Shown here: positions 10,427 to 20,237 of the stretch, one piece after another | How positions within the stretch are numbered: the first letter of the stretch is position 1 | Layout: every line of letters begins with the position of its first letter | Virus record (IMG/VR): IMGVR_UViG_3300010885_076238 | Location: 1 to 64,000 of that record | DNA: 64,000 nt | Strand: one strand, 5' to 3' | The notes under the pieces: model-generated | The model's database searches: none | Told to the model about the DNA's origin: nothing | Seen by the model: only the letters and a program-made list of their open reading frames with translations | Translations under genes and position numbers: made by a program

Positions 10427-11188
10427 TCAATTGTGTTTTCTTTTGTAAAATTTTACATGAATATCGATCCAGGCCTTATATCTGGATATTCTTGTGTGTC
10501 CGCTTTCATCTCCAAATTTTGAATTTGGCCTTCCATTAGAGCTGGAAACAAATGAATTAATTCCAGCTAATTTTCCATCAATAAATAAGCCACCTCCACT
10601 ATCCCCATGGGCAATTAGAAATTCCAAAGAAGTTGGGTTATTTTTACTCATATCACAAAACAAAATTGAATCTGTAACAAGCATTATCTTATTACTTCCT
10701 GCTCTTTTTTTATCATCACTTTTATGACTTCCGCTTTGTCCTGTTCCGGTCAAACCGTACCCAGCGATTCCGCAAATCTTATTATGTTCATCTTCTTTTT
10801 CATAGAGAATTGGGTAAAAATCCATCTCAATTTTTTCTTCAACATAGCATAATGCTAAATCTCCTGAACTCATCGTTTTGTTTTCGTCAAAATCTGGGTT
10901 TACTATCACCTCTTTTATTGTGTATTTTTTTTCTTTTATTATAAAATAAGGCTCTTCCATGCAATTGAGGACGTGTGCAGCAGATAAAATCCAATGCTCA
11001 GAAATTACAACGCCAGAACCAGAAGCAATGACTTTTTCATTCTTGAGCCGTCCTGATACTTTAACGACACATTTATATTTTTCTCCATATTGTATATAAT
11101 TTGAGTCAGGAACATCTGGCCTTATTGTTCCGCCATATAAATTACTACCAAATAATAAAGAAAAAATTAAAATTGTATTTTTAATCAT
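10427..11188 (-). CDS. Secreted trypsin-like (S1) serine protease
   Basis: Signal peptide; ILSAAHV, GDLAL, GDSGGGL triad motifs; AAGGAG SD. Confidence 0.9.
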   Translation of the reverse strand: MIKNTILIFSLLFGSNLYGGTIRPDVPDSNYIQYGEKYKCVVKVSGRLKNEKVIASGSGVVISEHWILSAAHVLNCMEEPYFIIKEKKYTIKEVIVNPDFDENKTMSSGDLALCYVEEKIEMDFYPILYEKEDEHNKICGIAGYGLTGTGQSGSHKSDDKKRAGSNKIMLVTDSILFCDMSKNNPTSLEFLIAHGDSGGGLFIDGKLAGINSFVSSSNGRPNSKFGDESGHTRISRYKAWIDIHVKFYKRKHN

Positions 11189-11289
11189 AACACTCCTTTA
11201 TGTTAAAATCCTTGCTTATATTTAGTCTTTTAATACATAGATATGTAAAAAGGAGAAAATATGATTTTTTCATCTAAAAGGTTGGCAAA

Positions 11290-11565
11290 ATGAAAAATAA
11301 AAGCGATCTTCCATTTGAAGAATTAAAAAAAGACAATGTTTTTATTCGCAAGTTTTCTGAAAATATCGACTCTCAGGAATTACATTGGCACAAAGATAGA
11401 GAAGATAGAATTGTCACCCCATTAAAAGAAACAGATTGGCTATTTCAAAGAGACAACCAACTCCCAGAGCCAATTATCGAAGGATTAAAAATAAAAGCAG
11501 GCGAATGGCATAGGGTTATAAAAGGAACTGGGGATTTAGAAATAAAGGTTAATAAATGTTATTGA
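11290..11565 (+). CDS. Conserved small phage protein, cupin-like
   Basis: ELHWHKDREDR and WHRVIKGTGDL motifs. Confidence 0.6.
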   Translation: MKNKSDLPFEELKKDNVFIRKFSENIDSQELHWHKDREDRIVTPLKETDWLFQRDNQLPEPIIEGLKIKAGEWHRVIKGTGDLEIKVNKCY

Positions 11566-12404
11566 CTTTATTTGTTCTTGCTTTTGGCAAGCCAAAACCT
11601 TTTCACTCTGTTATAATCAAAAATTGGAAAAAAATCCCAGATGTTAAGTTTGTATTAATTACAAATTATAGTGAATGTTGGCAAGAATTAGTGCAAGATC
11701 AGAAGCAATTTAAAATTGTTCAAATATCAATTGAATCTTTTTTTTCTTATTTTTTTAAATTTTTAGATTGTGATAATTTTAATAATTTTAGTGAAAAGTA
11801 TGGCAGTTTGTTTGATATTAAACGACATCCAATAAGTGGTTGGCTTGCTTGTACTTTAAGGCCTTGTCTATGTAGATTTATAAAGCCAGAAACTCTTTGG
11901 TGGGGATGGATCGACTGGGATGTTTTTATAGATAAAAAGAGTATTTCAGAATCACTAAATAGTAGTTCTTTTGATGCTTTTTACTTTCCAAAACAAGGTT
12001 GCCAATGGGAGCAATTCAAGGTTTTTAGATCTAATCTTCCGATAGACGAAATTTATCTAAAGACTCTTAATGAAAATCATTCAAAAAATATTTATTTGGG
12101 TCAACCCTTAGATGTTCATGTTATTTATAAAATTAGAAGTGAAGGTTTGTTTTCTCTTGATGATTCTTCTATAGAAGAATTTGCTGTTCATTGGGAATAT
12201 ACAAATAAACATAATTTGCCACATGTTCAAAAAAACGTACTACTAGACAGTAGTTATTGTAATTTATTAGATGAGAACAATACTTGTATTAAGTTTTTTA
12301 TGGCAGACATTCAAGGTAAAAAATATGGTCAAAATGAAGTGGATTTAATATTTGATAAAATTAATAATGATGGTTATTTTATTTTTAATTATAATAAAGA
12401 TTAA
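11556..12404 (+). CDS. Glycosyltransferase-like hypothetical protein
   Basis: WWGWIDWDVF DxD-like motif, VKFVLITN; glyco-gene context. Confidence 0.5.
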   Translation: MLLTLFVLAFGKPKPFHSVIIKNWKKIPDVKFVLITNYSECWQELVQDQKQFKIVQISIESFFSYFFKFLDCDNFNNFSEKYGSLFDIKRHPISGWLACTLRPCLCRFIKPETLWWGWIDWDVFIDKKSISESLNSSSFDAFYFPKQGCQWEQFKVFRSNLPIDEIYLKTLNENHSKNIYLGQPLDVHVIYKIRSEGLFSLDDSSIEEFAVHWEYTNKHNLPHVQKNVLLDSSYCNLLDENNTCIKFFMADIQGKKYGQNEVDLIFDKINNDGYFIFNYNKD

Positions 12405-12454
12405 ATAACCTCCCATTTTAGAATTGCTTCTGGATCACTCAATCAAGCCAAAAG

Positions 12455-12547
12455 AACCGTAGGAACGTCGGGAATGGACCTGTGAAGACCTGAGAGCAAC
12501 AGAGGCTGAATCAGGAAGCCCAATCCCTTTAAGGGCTTTGTAGTTCG
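12455..12547 (+). mobile_element. Orphan IS200/IS605 TnpB right-end / omega-RNA-like remnant
   Basis: AACCGTAGGAAC..CGGGAAT, CCTGTG..GA...TGAATCAGGAAGCCCAATCCCTTT..GGG..GTAGTTC pattern. Vestigial TVGTSG and QEAQSL* frames like TnpB C-termini. No tnpB ORF nearby. Confidence 0.65.
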
Positions 12548-12559
12548 TTTCTGATCGGA

Positions 12560-13330
12560 TTAAGGGTAGTATTCATTGGTGTTATAAGTAATCAAATTAT
12601 TATTAATTAAATGTTCAATTATATTATGATAGTCGTTTTCTATTCCAATATTTTTAATGACTTGATTAAAAAATGGCACCCTATCCTCAGAATGTCCAGA
12701 GCCAATATGTCTTAAAAATTGTGAAGGATATTCTTCAAACATCCAATCATCAATAACTGAAATCTTATTAATAAAATTGTTTAGATTGATGTACAACGAA
12801 TTTTGTTCCCAATTATGTAATAAATTATTTCTCGGATTATCGGTTTCAAACCATGTTTTAAACATCTCCCTACTACTAGAGTTGTTTTTAAATATATAAA
12901 AACCCGAGCAAGGCAATACCGAACTCCAGGGTTTGTCATTTAAGAATATTAGAGTAGCTTCATCAATTGAAACGCCATTGACTACTTTGGAATTTGCCAG
13001 ATAATTAGAAATACTTAAATTAATATCATAAAATATGCAATCACTATCGATATAGACTACATAATCATATTGGGGGTATTCATCAATAATTTTAATTGAT
13101 GATAATAATTTAGACCAGGCACAATATCTTAATTCATTTTTGGAAGAAAAACAATTATTGATAGGGTATTCATTTTCTAATCCAGGTCTTAAGTATAAAA
13201 AATCATAATTCATTTTTTTTGAATATGAATAATTTATTGCCGCGACCAAAGAATTATAATTTGAATTATTTAATATATTTGATAATCCCCTATTATCTGA
13301 CATTGAAATTAATATTTTTTTACTATTCAT
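12560..13330 (-). CDS. Galactosyl/xylosyltransferase-like protein (GT34, GMA12/MNN10-like)
   Basis: YVVYIDSDCIF, CSGFYIF, WEQNSL. Confidence 0.7.
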   Translation of the reverse strand: MNSKKILISMSDNRGLSNILNNSNYNSLVAAINYSYSKKMNYDFLYLRPGLENEYPINNCFSSKNELRYCAWSKLLSSIKIIDEYPQYDYVVYIDSDCIFYDINLSISNYLANSKVVNGVSIDEATLIFLNDKPWSSVLPCSGFYIFKNNSSSREMFKTWFETDNPRNNLLHNWEQNSLYINLNNFINKISVIDDWMFEEYPSQFLRHIGSGHSEDRVPFFNQVIKNIGIENDYHNIIEHLINNNLITYNTNEYYP

Positions 13331-13418
13331 TTTTCCCCACTTTTTACATATTTATATGTATTTGTGTGAATTTATTAATATAAAATCTTTTATAGGCTTG
13401 CCATAACTATATAACCAT

Positions 13419-13973
13419 GTGAAAGTTTACACTCCAAATAAAATAGATAATCCCAAGGTTATCCAAGCAATTTCTGCTTGGGGAGATATTCCCAATATTC
13501 TTCTAGACATAATTGAAAGATTCAACATTTCAAGAAGAAAATGCTTAGAATTTGGCGTTGAATTTGGCTATTCCACATCTGCATTGGCGAATTATTTTGA
13601 TCAAGTTTTAGGAGTAGACACTTTTGAGGGAGATGCTCATAGCGGACACAAAACAGATCATTTTGAAACAACTAAAAATAATCTGTTAGAATTCAAAAAT
13701 ATTAAACTAATTAAATCTCCGTATCAAGAATTTATTAAAAATAATAATGATTTTTATGATTTTGTACACATAGACATTGTGCACAACTATTTGGAAACTT
13801 TTGAGTGCGGAGATTGGTCTATAAATCATTCAAATTGTGTAATTTTTCATGATACGGAATCTTTTCCTGAAGTTAAAAAAGCCGTAGAAGACTTACAAAT
13901 CAAGTATAATTTAGAAGCTTTTAATTATGAAAATTCACATGGATTAGGAATTTTAGTTGGAAAATCTATATAA
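13419..13973 (+). CDS. Class I SAM-dependent methyltransferase (Methyltransf_24-like)
   Basis: CLEFGVEFGYST, GVDTF, FVHIDIVH, IFHD. Confidence 0.85.
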   Translation: MKVYTPNKIDNPKVIQAISAWGDIPNILLDIIERFNISRRKCLEFGVEFGYSTSALANYFDQVLGVDTFEGDAHSGHKTDHFETTKNNLLEFKNIKLIKSPYQEFIKNNNDFYDFVHIDIVHNYLETFECGDWSINHSNCVIFHDTESFPEVKKAVEDLQIKYNLEAFNYENSHGLGILVGKSI

Positions 13974-13991
13974 AATTATAAGAGGTGTTTT

Positions 13992-14591
13992 ATGAAATTT
14001 AAAGATTTTATTAATAAGAAAGAATCGTCCATGCATTTGGCCTCAGAAGTCATTGTTAGTAAAAATTTACAGTATCATATAGACAATAAAATTCCTCTTT
14101 CTGAAAATATTTTTCGTATTTATAGCAAAGCTTATTTTGATTTGATTAATGAAGCAAGAGATTTGTACGATAGAGATTTGCTTGAAGTTACCGACGAAGA
14201 CGCAGAATTATTAGAAACTGATCTTGGCAAGACGGCAGAATACAATGGAAAATTAGTTCATTTAGACGCTCCGAGACCAATAAAAGAAAAGCTAAATGAA
14301 GCTGACGTTGGTGGCAAAAAGGTAAAATTAAATAAGCCAATGAGAACTCCAGGTGGACCTAAGAAATTTAAGGTCTACGTAAAATCCGGAGACAGGGTAA
14401 AGTTGGTAAGATTTGGTGATTCTAAAAAATCAGGTCTTTCAATTAAAAATAATAATCCAAAAAGAGCAAAAAGCTTTAGAGCTAGACACAAATGCTCAGA
14501 GAAAAAAGACAGAACCACTCCTGGTTACTGGTCTTGTAATGTTTCGCGTTATGCAAAATCTTTAGGACTTAAAAGTGATCGTCCTTGGTAA
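13992..14591 (+). CDS. Conserved phage protein (KVKLNKP...SFRARHKC...YWSC family)
   Basis: Motifs familiar from T4-like and large phages; GAGGTG SD. Confidence 0.7.
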   Translation: MKFKDFINKKESSMHLASEVIVSKNLQYHIDNKIPLSENIFRIYSKAYFDLINEARDLYDRDLLEVTDEDAELLETDLGKTAEYNGKLVHLDAPRPIKEKLNEADVGGKKVKLNKPMRTPGGPKKFKVYVKSGDRVKLVRFGDSKKSGLSIKNNNPKRAKSFRARHKCSEKKDRTTPGYWSCNVSRYAKSLGLKSDRPW

Positions 14592-14600
14592 ATCTTCTCC

Positions 14601-14629
14601 TTGCGTCTTCTTCTTTGTTCTGCTATAAT
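14601..14629 (+). promoter_or_regulatory. Sigma70-like promoter (17-bp spacer, extended -10)
   Basis: TTGCGT-N17-TATAAT with TG upstream of the -10. Confidence 0.55.
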
Positions 14630-14664
14630 TTTGAAGACTGAAGACCAATTCCAAGGAGAAATTA

Positions 14665-14847
14665 ATGTCTTTTAAAGAAAATATTCAAAAGCAATACGTC
14701 TATAAAAAAGACAATGAAAAATGGTCTTTTTATGATGAAAATAATAGACCAATTGGAATTGAATATCTAACAATAGAGAATGCCGTAGATGCCCTTTATC
14801 AGTATTTGGAATTGACTTCTACAAAAGAAGTTGGCCTTTCAAAATAA
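14665..14847 (+). CDS. Hypothetical protein
   Basis: AAGGAG SD, downstream of a promoter. Confidence 0.65.
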   Translation: MSFKENIQKQYVYKKDNEKWSFYDENNRPIGIEYLTIENAVDALYQYLELTSTKEVGLSK

Positions 14848-14857
14848 GGATGTAAAT

Positions 14858-15211
14858 ATGCCATATATCAAACAAGATAGAAGAAAAGTCTTAAATGACT
14901 CTGTAAGTAAAATGGTTCTATCAATTAGAACCAATACATCAGAGAGTCCATTCACAAAAGAAGAAATTACAAACGAAGAATTTCTTTCTATTTGTGGCGA
15001 TATAAATTATTGTTTTTCTAGAGTTGTTTCTAAATTGATGCAAAATCCAAGTTATTCAAAAATAGCTATTATAACTGGCGTTCTGGAGAACATTAAACAA
15101 GAGTTTTATCGAAGAGTCGCAGAACCTTATGAAGATCTTAAAATAGAAGAAAATGAGGATATTTTAGAGTATTACGAAATTAATTCTTCTATAAGGGTGA
15201 AACCCAACTAA
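14858..15211 (+). CDS. Conserved phage hypothetical protein (MPYIK...EFYRR..PYED.KI.EN)
   Basis: Recognisable phage family motifs; AAGGA SD before ATG 14858. Confidence 0.7.
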   Translation: MPYIKQDRRKVLNDSVSKMVLSIRTNTSESPFTKEEITNEEFLSICGDINYCFSRVVSKLMQNPSYSKIAIITGVLENIKQEFYRRVAEPYEDLKIEENEDILEYYEINSSIRVKPN

Positions 15212-15217
15212 TTGCAT

Positions 15218-16462
15218 ATGTACGACCTAATTCTTTGTGTCCTTGCAACTACTAAAAACAATAGATTATCTATTTTTTCAAAAATAGGTTACAAAAAATC
15301 TAATAAATATAAGACAAAAATAATATATCTCGTTGATTCAGATGACAGACCAGATTTTATTGAAGGCGATTGGATTAATTATGGCCGTTTTTATTCAACT
15401 AGATTTCTTAAGTATTTAGAAGAAACTAAAGATGAATCAAGATGGTTTATGCAGGTCGATGACGACTCATGTACAGACCTAGATAATACAATTGATTTGC
15501 TTGATCATTCTTATGACTACAAAGACCCGGTGGTTGTTACTGGGTCTTTTTGTTATGTTTTAGATGTTCCAAGATATGTTGATCAAACTCAAAGTTCAAG
15601 GCCTTGTTTTTCTAACAACATAGATTCTAAGATGCAGCAAGTTTTAAAAGAAATGAAAATTGAAAACTTGTTTTTGGAAACTGATGATTTAAATCAATAT
15701 GAAACAATGCCATATGTTTGTAGAGGTTGGGAGCAAAGTGTCTTTTCATTAAAAGCATTAGATAGAATTAAGAACTACAATAGATTACAAGAATATGTTT
15801 CTAAGTGTGTTGAAATCAAACCTGATTTCGGTGATCAAGTTCCTTTTGTTTTGGCCAAAATAGCTAAAATTCCAATTTCTCAATGTTTCTTTCTTAGTCC
15901 CGCTCCTTCTGCGAGCGAATACACAGCAATCAATAAAAACGGTAGGTTTTCTCATATACATCATGTTTGTGAATCTTGGGATCAACTAGATTATTTTAAA
16001 GATATAATTGAAAATAATATTATTTTTAATTCTTCTGAGGATGTTGATAAATTCTTAGATAAAAAAATAGAAAATACAGAATGGTTTTTCTTTCACATCA
16101 TAAACAATAAGTTGCAATCAAGGTGCGTACTAAAACTCCTTGATCATGCCAAAATAAAGATTGTAAATATTAATATAGATTGTTTAGTTTCTTATTGTGC
16201 TGTTCCTGAGTTCGATCTAAGTTTTAATTATGAACAATATAATTTTGAAGATAAAGATTGGAATTTTAATTTAGAAGATGATTGTTTTGAAATTTCTAAT
16301 ACTTTTAATCAAAAACTTATTTTTAATAAAATCAAATATAAGTTATATGGGTCCAAAGTCAGTGAAAATGAGTTTTATTTATTGTCTAAAATCAATCCAA
16401 TAGATTCTGTTTATTGGCGACAAAAAAAGTTTTTAGATACAAATTTTACGAGAATTGAATGA
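15218..16462 (+). CDS. Glycosyltransferase-like protein (Fringe/GT31-like DDD motif)
   Basis: WFMQVDDDS, DFGDQV, HIHH. Confidence 0.55.
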   Translation: MYDLILCVLATTKNNRLSIFSKIGYKKSNKYKTKIIYLVDSDDRPDFIEGDWINYGRFYSTRFLKYLEETKDESRWFMQVDDDSCTDLDNTIDLLDHSYDYKDPVVVTGSFCYVLDVPRYVDQTQSSRPCFSNNIDSKMQQVLKEMKIENLFLETDDLNQYETMPYVCRGWEQSVFSLKALDRIKNYNRLQEYVSKCVEIKPDFGDQVPFVLAKIAKIPISQCFFLSPAPSASEYTAINKNGRFSHIHHVCESWDQLDYFKDIIENNIIFNSSEDVDKFLDKKIENTEWFFFHIINNKLQSRCVLKLLDHAKIKIVNINIDCLVSYCAVPEFDLSFNYEQYNFEDKDWNFNLEDDCFEISNTFNQKLIFNKIKYKLYGSKVSENEFYLLSKINPIDSVYWRQKKFLDTNFTRIE

Positions 16463-17499
16463 AACTCACAGAAGAACAAAAATCTGTAATAAGACAAGTA
16501 TCTAAATTTGATAAAAAAGTCTATAAAATTGGCGGATTGGCTGGGACGGGCAAGTCTGTTCTTGTAAGAAATTTAATGGAGCTTTTCCCTAATTTTGCAG
16601 CTTGTGCCTACACCGGCAAGGCAGCGAATGTTCTTAGAAAAAAGGGAGTTTGGAATGCAACAACTATTCATAGCTTAATCTACAAGGCTAGCGAAGACGA
16701 TGAGGGTAATGTCCACTTTTCTTTAGCAGGGAATATTGATTATGATGGCGTGATTGTTGATGAAGCTTCTATGGTTAGTGAAGATATTTATAAAGACCTG
16801 TTGTCTTTTGGTAGGCCGGTTATATTTGTTGGTGATCATGGTCAATTAGAGCCAATAGGCGATAAGTTTAATTTGATGAAAGAGCCTGATTTTACTTTAG
16901 AAGAAATTCACAGGAATGCGGGAGAAATTGCTCATTTCGCTGAGTTTGTCAGAAAGGGATACAAGCCCAGCTCTTGGCAACATAGATCTGGATCTAGCGA
17001 TAAGATTAAATTTTTAAGTAAGTCTGTTTATAAAGAAATGGTCACTGAAGTTGATCAAATTATTTGTGCTTTCAATAAAACAAGAACAGAAATAAATCGT
17101 TTTGTTAGACAAAAAATGGAAATGAATGCAGATTTTCCTCAGATAGGAGACAAGGTTATTTGTCTGAGAAATAATTCTGGCAAGGGCATTTTTAATGGAA
17201 TGCAAGGAAATATAGGTTGGTTTTATGATAAAAATTTTATTCAATTTGTTTCTGAAGATCATTGCGTTGATATCTCCATAGACTTAAACTCTTTTAATCA
17301 AGCAAAATATGAATTTGATTTTGATAAGGATAGTCCTAATCCTTTTGATTACGCATATGCTATAACATGTCATAAATGCCAAGGAGATGAGTTCAATAAG
17401 ATTCTAGTTTTAGAACAAAAATGCGATTTGTGGTCTCATCAAAGATGGGCCTACACGGCGGCGAGTAGAGCAAAAGAAAAAATTTACTGGGTTTATTAA
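16459..17499 (+). CDS. SF1B 5'-3' DNA helicase (Dda/RecD2-like)
   Basis: GGLAGTGKS, VDEASMV, VGDHGQLEPI, YAITCHKCQG, YTAASRAK. Confidence 0.9.
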   Translation: MKLTEEQKSVIRQVSKFDKKVYKIGGLAGTGKSVLVRNLMELFPNFAACAYTGKAANVLRKKGVWNATTIHSLIYKASEDDEGNVHFSLAGNIDYDGVIVDEASMVSEDIYKDLLSFGRPVIFVGDHGQLEPIGDKFNLMKEPDFTLEEIHRNAGEIAHFAEFVRKGYKPSSWQHRSGSSDKIKFLSKSVYKEMVTEVDQIICAFNKTRTEINRFVRQKMEMNADFPQIGDKVICLRNNSGKGIFNGMQGNIGWFYDKNFIQFVSEDHCVDISIDLNSFNQAKYEFDFDKDSPNPFDYAYAITCHKCQGDEFNKILVLEQKCDLWSHQRWAYTAASRAKEKIYWVY

Positions 17500-18423
17500 A
17501 TGAAAAAAATAATAGTTACTGGCGGAACTGGCTTGGTTGGACAAGCACTTAAAAAAGTTGTTGGAAATGATTCAAGATTCTTTTTTTTATCATCTAAAGA
17601 TTGCAATCTTCTTCAATATGACAAAGCTTACGAAACAATAAAATCAATACAGCCAGATTTTGTTGTTCATTTGGCGGCTAATGTTGGAGGTGTTTTTAAA
17701 AATATAAATAAAAAAGTAGAAATGTTTGAAGACAATCTTTTGATTAATTTTAATATATTAAAAATTTGTAGAGAATTGAATGTTGAAAAGTTTTTGGGGT
17801 GTTTGTCTACTTGTATATTTCCTGACAAAACAACCTATCCTATATCTGAAGAGATGTTGTTTAACGGGCCTCCTCATTATTCTAATTATGGATATGCTTA
17901 TTCTAAAAGAATGCTAGAAATTCATTGTAGGGTTTGTAGAGAGCAATATGGGTTGAATTATAATTGCATAATTCCTACCAACATATATGGGCCTTATGAT
18001 AATTTCAATTTTGAAAATGCCCATGTAATTCCCGCCTTAATTCACAAATGCTATTTGGCAAATCAAACAAACGAGCCTTTTGTTGTTAGTGGAACAGGAA
18101 GGCCTAAGAGACAATTTTTATATTCTATTGATCTTGCCAAAATAATTCTAAACTTAATAAATTTTGAATTTAATGAAACAATAATAATATCTCCAAGCGA
18201 AGAATTTAGCATAAAAGACGTTGCGGAAATTATTGCTAATAAGTTTAATTATATAGAAAATATTAAATTCGATACTACAAAATCAGACGGCCAGTACAAG
18301 AAAACAGCTAGCAATTACAGACTAATGAAAATTATGCCTGATTTTAAGTTTACAGAAATTTCTGTTGGACTAAACAGCACAATTGATTGGTTTTTGGATA
18401 ATCAATCAATTGCTAGATTATAA
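17500..18423 (+). CDS. fcl: GDP-L-fucose synthase
   Basis: VTGGTGLVG, HLAANVGG, LSTCIFPD, YAYSKR, PTNIYGPYDNF, HVIPALI, DGQYKKTA. Confidence 0.92.
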   Translation: MKKIIVTGGTGLVGQALKKVVGNDSRFFFLSSKDCNLLQYDKAYETIKSIQPDFVVHLAANVGGVFKNINKKVEMFEDNLLINFNILKICRELNVEKFLGCLSTCIFPDKTTYPISEEMLFNGPPHYSNYGYAYSKRMLEIHCRVCREQYGLNYNCIIPTNIYGPYDNFNFENAHVIPALIHKCYLANQTNEPFVVSGTGRPKRQFLYSIDLAKIILNLINFEFNETIIISPSEEFSIKDVAEIIANKFNYIENIKFDTTKSDGQYKKTASNYRLMKIMPDFKFTEISVGLNSTIDWFLDNQSIARL

Positions 18424-18624
18424 AATCCATCTCCATAAAAAATTTAAAATAGTGCAAATTCCCGAAAGAAAACACACTATGTAAAACGCTACAACTATGC
18501 AGCCAGTAGCAACAACAAATTGGGCTTCAATTTTATCTTTTTTATTTTCATTATGATATAATATAAGCCCGCCGGATACTAAAAAAATTACCAAGTAAAT
18601 CCAAGGATTGTATAGCCATTCCAT
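18418..18624 (-). CDS. Small two-TM membrane protein
   Basis: Two hydrophobic stretches; GAGG SD. Confidence 0.6.
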   Translation of the reverse strand: MEWLYNPWIYLVIFLVSGGLILYHNENKKDKIEAQFVVATGCIVVAFYIVCFLSGICTILNFLWRWIL

Positions 18625-18626
18625 AT

Positions 18627-19574
18627 TTATTTCCTCAAAACGTAATCATGAAAGCATTGTTCTATTTGAAATTTTGGAAAATCATTTATTCCAAATAAAG
18701 TTTTAATTCTATTGGCAACAATTTGATTTTTATCAAAGAAATCTTCATATGTTTGCTTTTCTATATCTTCCGATTCTTTATTGATACCACATTTTCTGAA
18801 TAGTTCTTGATAATCTCTTATAGGAAACAATACGTTGTTGTTTCTTTCTTCTAAAACATATCCCATATTATTTAGTTCTTGTTCTGTAAAAACCAAATGA
18901 ACAAAAGCTTTATTTATTTGTCTGTAATAGTGTCCTCCATGTCTTCCGCACCAAGGATGACATCTAAGATATATTTTTCCGTTATCAGAAAGCACAGATT
19001 TAGCTTTGATCAAAACGTCTTCAGGGTTTTCTGCATGATCTAAGACATCATAGATCATAATTATATCATATGGACCTTTTTCTTTTATTTTGTCAAAATT
19101 GGTAGTAAGTAAAAAGTTGTTTTCTTCTACTTCCCAATTTAATTTAGACTTTTCGGATTTTATTATATCATAGCCAATACTAAATGTTGTTTTTTGATTT
19201 GATGCGTATTTTGCCATATGTCCTTCACCACAACCAATATCTAAAAACTTTTTATTTTCTAATTCTTCTTGGACTAATATATCAATAATTCCTTCCGCTC
19301 TGTCCATTTTTTCTTCTTCTAATTCGATATTGACTATTTGAAATGCACTAACAGCTTCGGGCCATTCGTCGGATTGTAGTAGCATTTTAAGCTTTTCAAA
19401 ATCACTTGAAACTGTTGGAGTTTCATTCAATACGGGTGTATCTTCATTTTGTTTTGGAATAAGCATTTCGCCTTCATGTTTTAGAACTATATTTTCTTCA
19501 TAAATTTCGGCAGCTAGTCTATCTAGATTATTTTTAATTTCTTGAATTAAGTTTAATTTTTCTTTTTTATTCAT
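18627..19574 (-). CDS. Class I SAM-dependent methyltransferase with N-terminal extension
   Basis: FLDIGCGEGH, YDVLDHAENP; AGGAG SD favours ATG 19574. Confidence 0.85.
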   Translation of the reverse strand: MNKKEKLNLIQEIKNNLDRLAAEIYEENIVLKHEGEMLIPKQNEDTPVLNETPTVSSDFEKLKMLLQSDEWPEAVSAFQIVNIELEEEKMDRAEGIIDILVQEELENKKFLDIGCGEGHMAKYASNQKTTFSIGYDIIKSEKSKLNWEVEENNFLLTTNFDKIKEKGPYDIIMIYDVLDHAENPEDVLIKAKSVLSDNGKIYLRCHPWCGRHGGHYYRQINKAFVHLVFTEQELNNMGYVLEERNNNVLFPIRDYQELFRKCGINKESEDIEKQTYEDFFDKNQIVANRIKTLFGINDFPKFQIEQCFHDYVLRK

Positions 19575-19610
19575 TTTTTCTCCTACTATTATTATAGTAT
19601 AGTATATAAT

Positions 19611-20237
19611 ATGAAAATCGCCATACAACAACCTTATTTTTATCCGTATTTTGGTTATTTTAAATTAATTAAATCTGTAGATAAATTTGTATTTTTCAAT
19701 GATGTTCAGTACATTAGAAGAGGCTGGGTCAATAGAAATAGAATTTCTAATGGTTTGTTTATCACAGTGCCCGTTTGTAAATCGAAAAGAAGTGACTTCA
19801 TTAATAAAATTAAAATAGACTATTCATCAAATTGGCACTACAAACATTGTAGAACCTTAGAAACAAGGTATGGGAAAAAATGCACTAATCATCCTATTTA
19901 TTTGTTTTATAAAAATGTTCAAAAATATATTTATCTTGTTGATTTATTGAAAGATTCTATAATGAACGTTTGTGAATTCTTAAAAATAAAAACAGAATTT
20001 ATAGACTCAGAAAAAATTAAAATAAATCCTTTATCTAAAAAACAGCAAAGAATAATAGAAATTTGCAATAGACTAAATTGCAAATCTTATTATAATCTTC
20101 CTGGCGGTAAAGGTCTGTACTCTGCGGAAGACTTTTTGTCTAACGAAATCAGCATACAATTCATACAGACGGAAAAAATTGTTAATTATCTTTCTGTATT
20201 TGACCTTTGCCTAGGAGAAGGTTTAGAAAAAATATGA
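19611..20237 (+). CDS. wbqC: WbqC family protein
   Basis: AIQQPYFYPYFGYF, DVQYIRRGWVNRNRI, YYNLPGG, LSVFD. Confidence 0.92.
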   Translation: MKIAIQQPYFYPYFGYFKLIKSVDKFVFFNDVQYIRRGWVNRNRISNGLFITVPVCKSKRSDFINKIKIDYSSNWHYKHCRTLETRYGKKCTNHPIYLFYKNVQKYIYLVDLLKDSIMNVCEFLKIKTEFIDSEKIKINPLSKKQQRIIEICNRLNCKSYYNLPGGKGLYSAEDFLSNEISIQFIQTEKIVNYLSVFDLCLGEGLEKI

